DNA of 32,000 nucleotides from Candidatus Lokiarchaeum ossiferum (GTDB lineage Archaea; Asgardarchaeota; Lokiarchaeia; Sigyniarchaeales; Promethearchaeaceae): NCBI GenBank assembly GCA_025839675.1, contig CP104013.1, positions 660,001 to 692,000 of the forward strand, read 5' to 3'. Shown piece by piece: positions 24,573 to 32,000 of this stretch (position 1 is its first letter; each line of letters starts with the position of its first letter). The notes under the pieces were generated by a model. It saw only the letters and a program-made list of their open reading frames with translations, ran no database searches and was not told where the DNA came from. The position numbers and the translations under genes were made by a program.

Positions 24573-25892
24573 TCAAATATCATACCCACCTTTAACATTC
24601 TCTGAAAATTGATCCCATCGCAATTTTTCTTTTTCAGAAACAATACTTCCAATTTGCGAAATAACATAATCAATTAACACATTTAATTTATGGAATGAAT
24701 CCAATCCAGAAAGATCTACTATTTTAGATGAGTTATTTATTCCTTCATCCGCAATTTGTTGAAAATTTGATATTTTAAAAAATTCATCTATAATTTCAGT
24801 TAGATAGGCATCATTTCGTTTATGCTCATAACTGTTTTCGATTACAGAATTCATTTTTTTAGAAATTGATTTATAAAAATCATCTATAACCACTAGTTCC
24901 GTACATTCATAAGAATCGCGAATTCTTATTGAAAATTTTCTAAATTCTTCCCACACATGGAGATGTTGTAGAAGATACGGATAAAAGATAGAATTAAGAG
25001 CGATACTTAATTCCCCATGGAATATCTTACCAGGAGAATCCCAGAATTGAGTACTTAATTTATTGATGGGGGCAGGATTTATAAATTCAATTAAAGATTT
25101 TCCGATGATTCCTTGAGGATGTATCAATGCAGGAATGATAGTAGTTCCCGAGATTCTATGAATTCTAATTGCACTTTGAGGGGTAGTAATTAGCATCGAG
25201 TATTTTCCCTCGATTAACGGAACCGAAAGATTATGTTTCTTGGAATAATCTTGAAGTATTACAATAACTCCATTTGATTTTAGATGATCAAGCATTTTTA
25301 CTTTTAATTCACTAAAATTTGAGTGTGCAAGGGGATGTAGATTAGTCAATCCAGGGCGGCTTAAGATATTTTCATACATAATTTGATTTCGAGCGCGATT
25401 AATTACCATGACATTATATTTATTTGGATGGTAAACTAGACCTGCAATCAAATGAAAATACATCCCGGTGTGAGTGCCAAGAATTATCGCCCCATTGCCT
25501 TTTAATAGAACTTGGTCAAGGTATTCAATATTTTCAAATTCTATAAATTGTGATAACGTATGTGGATAAATATTAGGGGAATATAGCATTGCATCAAACA
25601 CCATCGATACCATGTATTTTGAATTTGCTAAGCAAATCATTTCCTTGCTTTTTTCAGATATTTTTTCCTGAAATAAACAATCGAGACCCGCTTTCATTAT
25701 TTTTCTTAATTTTGGTTTATACACAAAAAGATGTCCAAATAAATGGCCAAATCCATATAAAAATGAAGGTGGAATAAAGCGAAATGGTAGAAATAATTTA
25801 TATCTATGGATAAAACTCATTAATTTAAAAAAACCTTTCAGTTGATCGGCTCTGTTTTTTTTTATAGTTTTTTGCGCTTGATTATCTTTCAT
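24573..25892 (-). CDS. LpxL/HtrB-family-like (LPLAT) acyltransferase with an atypical catalytic motif and a ~130-aa C-terminal extension
   Basis: The overall layout matches PF03279-type acyltransferases: an N-terminal hydrophobic segment, GNGAIILGTHTGMYFHLIAG in place of G.gvIll..HfGnWE, then NGVIVILQDYS and a TTPQSAIRIHRISGTTIIPA segment. The acidic residue of the H-x4-D/E motif is not present. Confidence 0.55.
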   Translation of the reverse strand: MKDNQAQKTIKKNRADQLKGFFKLMSFIHRYKLFLPFRFIPPSFLYGFGHLFGHLFVYKPKLRKIMKAGLDCLFQEKISEKSKEMICLANSKYMVSMVFDAMLYSPNIYPHTLSQFIEFENIEYLDQVLLKGNGAIILGTHTGMYFHLIAGLVYHPNKYNVMVINRARNQIMYENILSRPGLTNLHPLAHSNFSELKVKMLDHLKSNGVIVILQDYSKKHNLSVPLIEGKYSMLITTPQSAIRIHRISGTTIIPALIHPQGIIGKSLIEFINPAPINKLSTQFWDSPGKIFHGELSIALNSIFYPYLLQHLHVWEEFRKFSIRIRDSYECTELVVIDDFYKSISKKMNSVIENSYEHKRNDAYLTEIIDEFFKISNFQQIADEGINNSSKIVDLSGLDSFHKLNVLIDYVISQIGSIVSEKEKLRWDQFSENVKGGYDI

Positions 25893-25960
25893 CTACAAAT
25901 ATAGTTTTGTGTTAACTAATATAAAATGGTAAGTACTTTTATTTAGAATAAGCCCGAAAG

Positions 25961-25982
25961 TTCATATAGTTCATATAGTTCA
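25961..25982. repeat. Tandem 9-bp repeat TTCATATAG x2.4 in the divergent promoter region
   Basis: Read directly: TTCATATAG at 25961-25969, TTCATATAG at 25970-25978, and TTCA at 25979-25982. It lies 14-35 nt upstream of ATG 25996. Each unit contains a TATA-like ATATAG. Confidence 0.6.
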
Positions 25983-25995
25983 AAAAGTGATATTA

Positions 25996-27735
25996 ATGGT
26001 TAATGAAACAAATGTAGAGTGGATAAATGCAACAAATCCCGATATTATTCATAAAGAGGAATATGATTGGTATAAATCTTGGCCTAAAGGGGTTCGGAAG
26101 CAGCTTAAATATCCAAAAATGGGACTTAATGAGGTTTTCAAGGAATCCGTTTCTAGAAATGCGGATATGACATATTTAAGTATATTGGGTATTGATTATT
26201 CCTATTCTAAAGTGAATGAAATGGCCAATCGGTTTGCCAATGCAATGTTAGCCAAAGGATATGGAATTGGGGACCGAATTGCAATTTTTATGCCAAATCT
26301 ACCTCAATTTGTATTCGTGTTCTATGGAATTTTGAAGATTGGGGCAACTGTCGTTCCAATCTCACCCTTGTTAGGAAAAGAAGATTTGAAAAAAATTATC
26401 AATGATAGCCAAATTTCTGCGCTTGTGGGATTAGATATACTCTTTCCAAATATCGAATCGATTATTTCTGAATCAAATTCTTTGAAGAATGTAATTTTGA
26501 CATCCTTAGGAGATTTACTGTCGCCAATTGTTCGGGTGATTGCTAAAATCGTAGGGAAAATACCTAAAACCCCAAAAATCAATATACCATTTGAAAATTT
26601 GTATACCTTATTTAAGAACAATTCTGATGAAGAAGTTCTTATTAATGTTAAACCAGATAAAGATATCGCAGTAATTGGGTATACTGGTGGAACTACTGGT
26701 ACTCCCAAGGGAGCAATGTTAACCCATGAAAATTTAGTTTCAAATTTGCATCAAGGAAGAGAATGGGCACGAATTACTCATCCGATTGGGATCCACAAGA
26801 AATTTGTTGGAGCAGTTCCCTTTTTCCATATTATAGGACTAAATGCAGTTATGTTGGTTTCAATGTTTTATGATAGCACGGTATATTTGTTCCCAGATCC
26901 AAGAAAATTTGAATCTATCTTGCAATCAATTGAAAAATATAAAATAAACTATTTTCACGGCGTTCCAACCCTTCATCAAGCGATAATTAATCATACCAAC
27001 TTTGATAAATACAACTTAAGCTCCCTTGAACTCATTTTTTCAGGAGCAGCACCTCTCCCTGAAGAATTAGGAAAAGAAATAGAGAAAAAAACGGGTGCAA
27101 TGGTCATTGAAGCCTATGGAATGACCGAAACTAGCCCAATGGTTGCTGCCAATCCTTTTGAAAAGAATAATCATAGATTTGGAACAATCGGAATTCCATT
27201 TCCAGATACATTAATCAAAATTTTTGATGAGTCCAGACAGAACGAAATGCCCGGTGGAGAAATTGGAGAAATTGCAATCAAAGGACCTCAAATTATGAAA
27301 GGATACTGGAATAATCCAGATGAAACAAAAAACATGCTTCAAAATGGATATCTGTTCACTGGAGATATGGGTTACTTTGATATAGATGGATATATTCATT
27401 TAGTGAATAGGAAAAAGGATATGATTATTGCTTCAGGGTTCAAAGTGTTTCCAAGCGAAATTGAATCAATAGTGCTTCAAAAATTCCCCGAAATTAAAGA
27501 AGCAGTAATTACAGGTGCACCAGACGAATATCGAGGTGAAACAGTCAAATTGATAGCAGTCCTACGTGAGAATGTATCTATTTCGAAAGAAAAGATTATT
27601 AATTATCTACGAGAGAGTGTGGCACATTACAAAATACCAAAAATCATTGAATTTCGGGAAATCTTGCCAAAAACAGGAATCGGCAAAACAGACAGACTTG
27701 CGATTCGAAAACAAGAATTTCATATGAATTCTTGA
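25996..27735 (+). CDS. Long-chain fatty acid--CoA ligase (FadD-type AMP-forming acyl-CoA synthetase)
   Basis: AMP-binding motif I in YTGGTTGTPKGAMLTHENL, then EAYGMTETS, FTGDMGY, the hinge NRKKDMI, and C-terminal PKTGIGKTDR. The linker SPIVRVIAKIVGKIPK is like that of FadD-type enzymes. Confidence 0.9.
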   Translation: MVNETNVEWINATNPDIIHKEEYDWYKSWPKGVRKQLKYPKMGLNEVFKESVSRNADMTYLSILGIDYSYSKVNEMANRFANAMLAKGYGIGDRIAIFMPNLPQFVFVFYGILKIGATVVPISPLLGKEDLKKIINDSQISALVGLDILFPNIESIISESNSLKNVILTSLGDLLSPIVRVIAKIVGKIPKTPKINIPFENLYTLFKNNSDEEVLINVKPDKDIAVIGYTGGTTGTPKGAMLTHENLVSNLHQGREWARITHPIGIHKKFVGAVPFFHIIGLNAVMLVSMFYDSTVYLFPDPRKFESILQSIEKYKINYFHGVPTLHQAIINHTNFDKYNLSSLELIFSGAAPLPEELGKEIEKKTGAMVIEAYGMTETSPMVAANPFEKNNHRFGTIGIPFPDTLIKIFDESRQNEMPGGEIGEIAIKGPQIMKGYWNNPDETKNMLQNGYLFTGDMGYFDIDGYIHLVNRKKDMIIASGFKVFPSEIESIVLQKFPEIKEAVITGAPDEYRGETVKLIAVLRENVSISKEKIINYLRESVAHYKIPKIIEFREILPKTGIGKTDRLAIRKQEFHMNS

Positions 27736-27902
27736 ATTTATCACCTTTTTTTCTTAATTATAGTATCAGAACTATCAAGATTTCACTTAGTATTTCAACA
27801 TTTTGAACAAAGGAAATGTGATTGGAAAATCTAACAACCTAAGAATAATATTGGTTTAAAAAATTGTAAAAAAAAGAAATAAAAAATCTGGAAAGAAGAA
27901 AA

Positions 27903-30900
27903 TCAATCATTATCTTCCTTAGCTCGTTTTATAACAACAATTAACCCAACTACACCTCCGCCAATCGCTATACCAACAATCACTAGAACCCAAGGATTAA
28001 TTGGATCATTTTCATCAACCCCAGCGGGAATTGAGATCTGGATCGAATTTACCACACTATTACCAAAGGAATCATAAACTGTAATCTGGATAGTATAATT
28101 CCCTGCAGGAAGATCAGCGAGAGAGTAATTATAGTATATTAACCCATTGATCCAAGCGGCAGAAGTAATCACAACAGTACCATTGACCGAAATAGAATAC
28201 ACCCCAGGATGTAAATCATCTACAGTCCAGTTTAAAAGAATGCTTGATGTATTAGAGCTTAGGATTAAATCTTGATTCGAATTAATAGTCGGAGCGGTTC
28301 CATCAACCACAACCAATGTATCGAATACGCGAGTATTTCCTAAAGAATCATTGACCCAAATCTGATATAAGTAATTCCCATCATCTAAAGAAAGAGCAGG
28401 GATTGTGTAAGAAACAGATCCATTTTCCCATGCAACAGGAGAGGTTTGAAGGGATTGATTTTGAGAAACTACAAAATATAAAGGATGGGTATCATTAATG
28501 CTCCAATTTAAGGTTAAATTTATTTTTCCAGTAATATTGTAAGTGGAAATAGATGATATTATGGGAGATGTACCATCAACATGCACTGTAGTCTCGGCTG
28601 TTTTTTGGTTACCATATTTATCTTCAACTTGTAAAGAATAATTATATGACCCATCTTCTAATGTATTTGCAGGAATGGTGTATTTAATCGCCCCATTCTG
28701 CCATTGTTGATCAGAAATTAGAATTTCCCCATCTAAAAGAATGGAATAATCATCTGGATTGAAATCAGTCACATCCCACGAAATTTCATAATTATTCTTC
28801 CCTGAAATTAAAATAGAGTCAACGGTGAAAATAACAGGTGCATCCACATCATGAATAGGATAAATATCCATTGTGTTTGCGTCTCCAGCGATTGGATGAG
28901 GTTGATCTCCAATTCCATCATGATCATCATCTGTTCCGGTGTAACTATCCCAATAGTTTCCTTTGGAACTAAAATACCACTGATTTCCAATACAGTCATC
29001 TTGAGCATGAAGAGAATTATTATAAAACCAATTGTTGAAAATGATATTTTCTCCAGATTCGTCAAACAACCAAATACCAGTACTGCTAGAATTTGAAATG
29101 ATATTATTATTAATAGTTGATTGATTGGAATACTCTAACGAAACCCCGCTGTATTCGTTTAAAAAGAGAATATTATCTTCAATAATAGAATTTAAGGAGT
29201 CATAAATATAAATTCCATCTTCATTTGATTCTACGAGACACTGTTTTATTAAAGTCTGATTACTATAATCAAGATTGATCCCAATCCCAGAATTATTTAC
29301 GATCTGGTTAAGAGAGATTTGATTTTCGTGAGAATAATCTAAATTAAGACCTCCATTACCGTTATTACAAATTGCAGTATAATTAATGACTGAATTATAA
29401 GTATATAAGAAATTCATTCCAAATTCATCATTATTATTAAAAGAATTTTCTTCAAAGAGATTGTAAGCGGAAAGTTCACATTCAAGGCCATAAGCACTAT
29501 TATCGTTTGCATCATTCTCAATAAATGTGAGATTATGCTGGAGCAACGATAAATCAGGATTAAATTCATCCCAAGTGTTTTTCATACGGGCATCTATACT
29601 AATTCCCAAATAATTGTTGTTGAAAACATTCTCACTAACAATACTATTATTAATATTGTTCAAATATAAGCCATAATACTCATTATTGGATAGATTATTA
29701 TTTTGAATAAGGAGATTATTGCCTCCAACTATCGATAATCCCATAGCTAGACCAGAATGATTAAAATTCTGAATTGTTGTGTTCACAGAATCCACAATGA
29801 ATAATTGGGAATAAATGGGCATATTTCCTCCATCCAGAACAAGATTATTTTGCTCTTCTAAAACCAAAATAGGGGAACTATTAACCATATTTGATTGGTC
29901 AATATCGTTGTTAAAGCAATCTTGAATCATAAGACCTGAACCACCCATATCATTATTTTTTAATTTCCAGAAATCAGAATGTTGAAGATACATGTCACAA
30001 TATTCACTTCTCGAGATTTGGTTTTCAATGATTGAATTGTTTTCTCCGGGAGCACTTTCAGATCCATCTGATGAAATTCCAACCCTACACCCATCAATGG
30101 AATTCAATTTTATAGTCGAATTATCTTGTTCATTAAAATAAAAACCATATTGAATTATATCTAACATAGAATTACCAGTTAAATTATTTTCCCTTCCATT
30201 ACTGATATAAATTCCATATCTCGAATCTTCTATTATATTATCAACAACATCTATATAACTAGAATCTCGTACGTCAATTGCTCGATATGCCGATTTGAAG
30301 ACATTGGAATAAATTGAATTATTGTTTGCCATACTTAAATACACTCCACTTTCAACACCCGTATTATTAAAAATCTGGTTTTTCGTGCTGGATATTAAAA
30401 GAATGCCCTTTAGATATGTACTAGACATATAATCATTATGGAAAAGTGTATTATTATGGATAATATTTTTTTGGCCAAAAGACACACAAATTCCTCCTTG
30501 GTAATTATCCGAGATATTATTGGAAGAAATGTTATTGAAATTTGACCCATCTTCGATGCTTATTTTATTAAGAGTTATTCCATAGCTTATTGCACTTGGA
30601 CCATTATTTTTTGTAATTGTATTGTTATAAATCACATTGTAATCTCCCGATTCGACTTCAATCCCGGCAGAATTTTCAAAACAGTAGTTCTGATCTAGAT
30701 AATTAGAATTACAATTATATTCGATATCGATCCCTGTTTCGCTATTTGAACAATTGTTTTGAAATAGATTATTAAAATCCGAATTTCTCATGAAATAAAT
30801 TCCATCGCCATTAGTAATCGTATCAATGTTATTTCTTACTATTTCATTATAACTGCAAGACCATCCCAATCGTATTCCTGCAGTATAACAATTATAAATT

Positions 30901-31427
30901 TTATTATTAGTAAAATTATTCCAACTGCAACCAGAGTGAAGATATATCCCATAAGAATTTGTTGAAATATTGCAATCAACAATAGTCCCATTTGTTGTTC
31001 GATCGAAACGTATCGCTGGACCAACAGATGAAGATAAAGACGAATGATTGAATGCACAATTCTTAATAGTGAAGTAAATTTCATTAGAATCCATAATATA
31101 CAACCCCGTTTCCCCAGCGGGAATATTGAATTGTACATCTTCGATTAAATAGGGATTACTTTCCGTGCCTAATCCAGAACACCATGGTTGGGACGCTGCC
31201 CAAGTCCAATTTCCAGTATGGGAATCATTATCTGTTGCAAGTGCATTAATAATGATCGATGTATTAGAAAAAGTAGCTAGACTTCTTGGAATGTTATCGA
31301 AATTTTCTTCATTCATAATGATGGTCTCTTCAATTGAAGAAAACGAATTGTTGGCAGCTATAACGGAAGAAAATAATAAGCAAATTATTATCACAACATC
31401 CTTCCTTTTATGTAATAGATTATACAT
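27903..31427 (-). CDS. Giant cell-surface protein: signal peptide, long right-handed parallel beta-helix (PbH1/NosD-like) region, three tandem Ig-like domains, C-terminal TM anchor
   Basis: N-terminal signal (VVIIICLLFSSVIAANN). Dozens of ~22-aa repeats of the type N-x-I-x-x-N-x-G-I-x-L. The beta-helix ends in the NosD-type YWDSYTGTDDDHDGIGDQPHPI. The C-terminus is WVLVIVGIAIGGGVVGLIVVI followed by KRAKEDND. My manual scan found more than 30 N-x-S/T sequons. Confidence 0.85.
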   Translation of the reverse strand: MYNLLHKRKDVVIIICLLFSSVIAANNSFSSIEETIIMNEENFDNIPRSLATFSNTSIIINALATDNDSHTGNWTWAASQPWCSGLGTESNPYLIEDVQFNIPAGETGLYIMDSNEIYFTIKNCAFNHSSLSSSVGPAIRFDRTTNGTIVDCNISTNSYGIYLHSGCSWNNFTNNKIYNCYTAGIRLGWSCSYNEIVRNNIDTITNGDGIYFMRNSDFNNLFQNNCSNSETGIDIEYNCNSNYLDQNYCFENSAGIEVESGDYNVIYNNTITKNNGPSAISYGITLNKISIEDGSNFNNISSNNISDNYQGGICVSFGQKNIIHNNTLFHNDYMSSTYLKGILLISSTKNQIFNNTGVESGVYLSMANNNSIYSNVFKSAYRAIDVRDSSYIDVVDNIIEDSRYGIYISNGRENNLTGNSMLDIIQYGFYFNEQDNSTIKLNSIDGCRVGISSDGSESAPGENNSIIENQISRSEYCDMYLQHSDFWKLKNNDMGGSGLMIQDCFNNDIDQSNMVNSSPILVLEEQNNLVLDGGNMPIYSQLFIVDSVNTTIQNFNHSGLAMGLSIVGGNNLLIQNNNLSNNEYYGLYLNNINNSIVSENVFNNNYLGISIDARMKNTWDEFNPDLSLLQHNLTFIENDANDNSAYGLECELSAYNLFEENSFNNNDEFGMNFLYTYNSVINYTAICNNGNGGLNLDYSHENQISLNQIVNNSGIGINLDYSNQTLIKQCLVESNEDGIYIYDSLNSIIEDNILFLNEYSGVSLEYSNQSTINNNIISNSSSTGIWLFDESGENIIFNNWFYNNSLHAQDDCIGNQWYFSSKGNYWDSYTGTDDDHDGIGDQPHPIAGDANTMDIYPIHDVDAPVIFTVDSILISGKNNYEISWDVTDFNPDDYSILLDGEILISDQQWQNGAIKYTIPANTLEDGSYNYSLQVEDKYGNQKTAETTVHVDGTSPIISSISTYNITGKINLTLNWSINDTHPLYFVVSQNQSLQTSPVAWENGSVSYTIPALSLDDGNYLYQIWVNDSLGNTRVFDTLVVVDGTAPTINSNQDLILSSNTSSILLNWTVDDLHPGVYSISVNGTVVITSAAWINGLIYYNYSLADLPAGNYTIQITVYDSFGNSVVNSIQISIPAGVDENDPINPWVLVIVGIAIGGGVVGLIVVIKRAKEDND
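28029..28850 (-). repeat. Three tandem ~91-92-aa domain repeats (Ig/fibronectin-like) inside the surface protein
   Basis: The repeats span aa 860-950, 951-1041 and 1042-1133. Each starts D-(V/G)-(D/T)-(A/S)-P. Each contains (L/I)-(S/N)-W-x-(V/I)-x-D, W-x-NG-x-(I/V/Y)-x-Y, (E/D/A)-(D/G)-(G/N)-(S/N/Y)-Y and (D/Y)-(K/S)-(Y/L/F)-GN. Confidence 0.8.
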
Positions 31428-31465
31428 AATTATTCACATGAACCTCTTTTTATGTTTACATTAAT

Positions 31466-31502
31466 TAAAATGTGATAGCGTTGAATATATTATCACATTT
31501 TA
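31466..31502. promoter_or_regulatory. 12-bp perfect inverted repeat TAAAATGTGATA-N13-TATCACATTTTA upstream of the surface-protein gene
   Basis: Read directly: left arm 31466-31477, right arm 31491-31502. It lies 39-75 bp upstream of the ATG (31425-31427, minus strand) and about 100 bp downstream of the MFS stop. Confidence 0.45.
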
Positions 31503-31604
31503 TGAGAGAGTTTTCGATTATAGACAAATAAATCTTTTGTGGAGAAATTCAGAAAAAAAATGATTTTAATTTAATCCTAGACTATATTTGAAAATAGAAT
31601 TGAT

Positions 31605-32000
31605 TTATACTAAAATATCAGTTTCGGCCAATGATTCATTATTCAAGTCATCAAGTGATTTTTGATCATTTTTCATTTGTGTAAAATAATCTTTCGTGAC
31701 GAAGTGTAAAACTACATAACCTAATGCAGCAATAAATGTCAAAAGACCGACAATATACCATAAGATCTTACGATCTAGATTATCCATAATTACCCCAGCA
31801 CCAATTGGCCCTAGTAACATCGGAACCAACCTCGCAGACATAAAAACGGCACTGTATCTCCCCCGCTTGTCTTCGGGTGCAAAATTAGCAACCATAGTTT
31901 GATTGAAGGGCGCTTGAACCATTTCGCCAGTTGTAATAATTATCATTGCTCCAAATGCTAACTGGATAGTGCCAATGAAACCATACATACCAAATCCGAT
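31605..32000 (-). CDS. MFS transporter, C-terminal part (gene runs off the window end)
   Basis: The frame is open to position 32000. GEMVQAPFNQTMVANFAPEDKRGRYSAVFMSARLVPMLLGPIGAGVIMD is typical of MFS TM10-12 regions. Confidence 0.75.
   Translation of the reverse strand: MGFGMYGFIGTIQLAFGAMIIITTGEMVQAPFNQTMVANFAPEDKRGRYSAVFMSARLVPMLLGPIGAGVIMDNLDRKILWYIVGLLTFIAALGYVVLHFVTKDYFTQMKNDQKSLDDLNNESLAETDILV

Noticed and set aside
24573-25892. Calling the acyltransferase a genuine lipid A lauroyl/myristoyl transferase (lpxL/lpxM).
   Set aside because: No other lipid A genes are present. The catalytic H-x4-D/E box is atypical, and the host context looks archaeal. Only family-level similarity is claimed.
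27903-31427. Annotation of the giant protein as a functional NosD (nitrous-oxide reductase maturation).
   Set aside because: Only the beta-helix repeat type and the terminal DDDHDGIGD motif resemble NosD. There are no nosZ, nosF, nosY or nosL neighbours. The protein is about three times longer than NosD, with Ig-like repeats and a membrane anchor.
1448-31464. Many 60-130-aa track ORFs lying antisense to or overlapping longer ORFs: 1448-1693, 4807-5031, 5573-5758, 8354-8572, 10591-10812, 11171-11356, 11565-11807, 12524-12739, 13022-13216, 13397-13795, 16173-16442, 17269-17463, 19446-19754, 20064-20300, 21651-21929, 22547-22729, 22940-23215, 23990-24325, 25589-25777, 26322-26708, 27211-27399, 28808-29065, 28851-29096, 30839-31138, 31165-31464.
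   Set aside because: Each is fully embedded in a longer ORF that has recognisable family motifs. Their products are low-complexity or compositionally odd, as expected for shadow frames in AT-rich DNA. None has an independent start context.
8822-31483. A shared GCGTTG after the left arm of two unrelated inverted repeats (8822-8827 and 31478-31483), plus its complement CAACGC at about 21488. This hinted at a dispersed MITE-like element.
   Set aside because: By rough composition-based expectation, a hexamer of this composition should occur several times by chance in 64 kb of two-strand sequence. The flanking arms are not homologous.
1-32000. A search by eye for CRISPR arrays, tRNA/rRNA genes, IS elements, integrases and prophage genes.
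   Set aside because: I saw no regularly spaced 25-40-bp direct repeats, no GC-rich cloverleaf-like islands standing out from the AT-rich background, and no transposase- or integrase-like ORFs. This scan was manual, so short or degenerate elements could have been missed.

Overview
The window is AT-rich (about one-third G+C by eye) and gene-dense, with about 30 protein-coding genes. I found no rRNA, tRNA, CRISPR array, transposase or integrase by manual reading. Most genes encode polytopic membrane or transport proteins: an ABC exporter pair, MscS, an ArsB/NhaD-type permease, CorA, a partial MFS transporter, two DUF308/HdeD-like paralogs and a DUF1295 protein. Other genes are a FadD-type acyl-CoA ligase divergent from an LpxL-family-like acyltransferase, an MDR oxidoreductase, an O-methyltransferase, an AhpD/CMD-like protein, and a 1174-aa beta-helix surface protein with three tandem Ig-like repeats. 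Several features suggest an archaeal, possibly Asgard/Lokiarchaeia-like, host that carries many bacterial-type signalling domains. These are palindromic TTTATAAA-type boxes about 25-30 nt upstream of start codons, oligo-T tracts after genes, Roadblock/longin-like small proteins, and a surface protein with many N-x-S/T sequons. This origin cannot be proven from the window. The best candidates for undescribed biology are five. (1) A co-directional five-gene cluster at 2.5-8.8 kb: a membrane-tethered bPH(YdbS/T)-XRE fusion regulator, a soluble paralogous XRE, a membrane-anchored beta-lactamase-fold hydrolase and an ABC exporter, with repeated operator-like motifs upstream. (2) Two cases of a Roadblock/longin-like protein paired with a polytopic membrane protein, with no GTPase nearby. 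(3) A TIR-like (DUF1863/ThsB-like) gene interrupted by one in-frame TAG, bracketed by convergent DUF308 paralogs. (4) A minimal MASE1 sensor whose only cytoplasmic module is a Cys4 motif. (5) A bacterial-type acyl-lipid gene pair. All domain calls come from motif recognition by eye and need HMM or structure confirmation.
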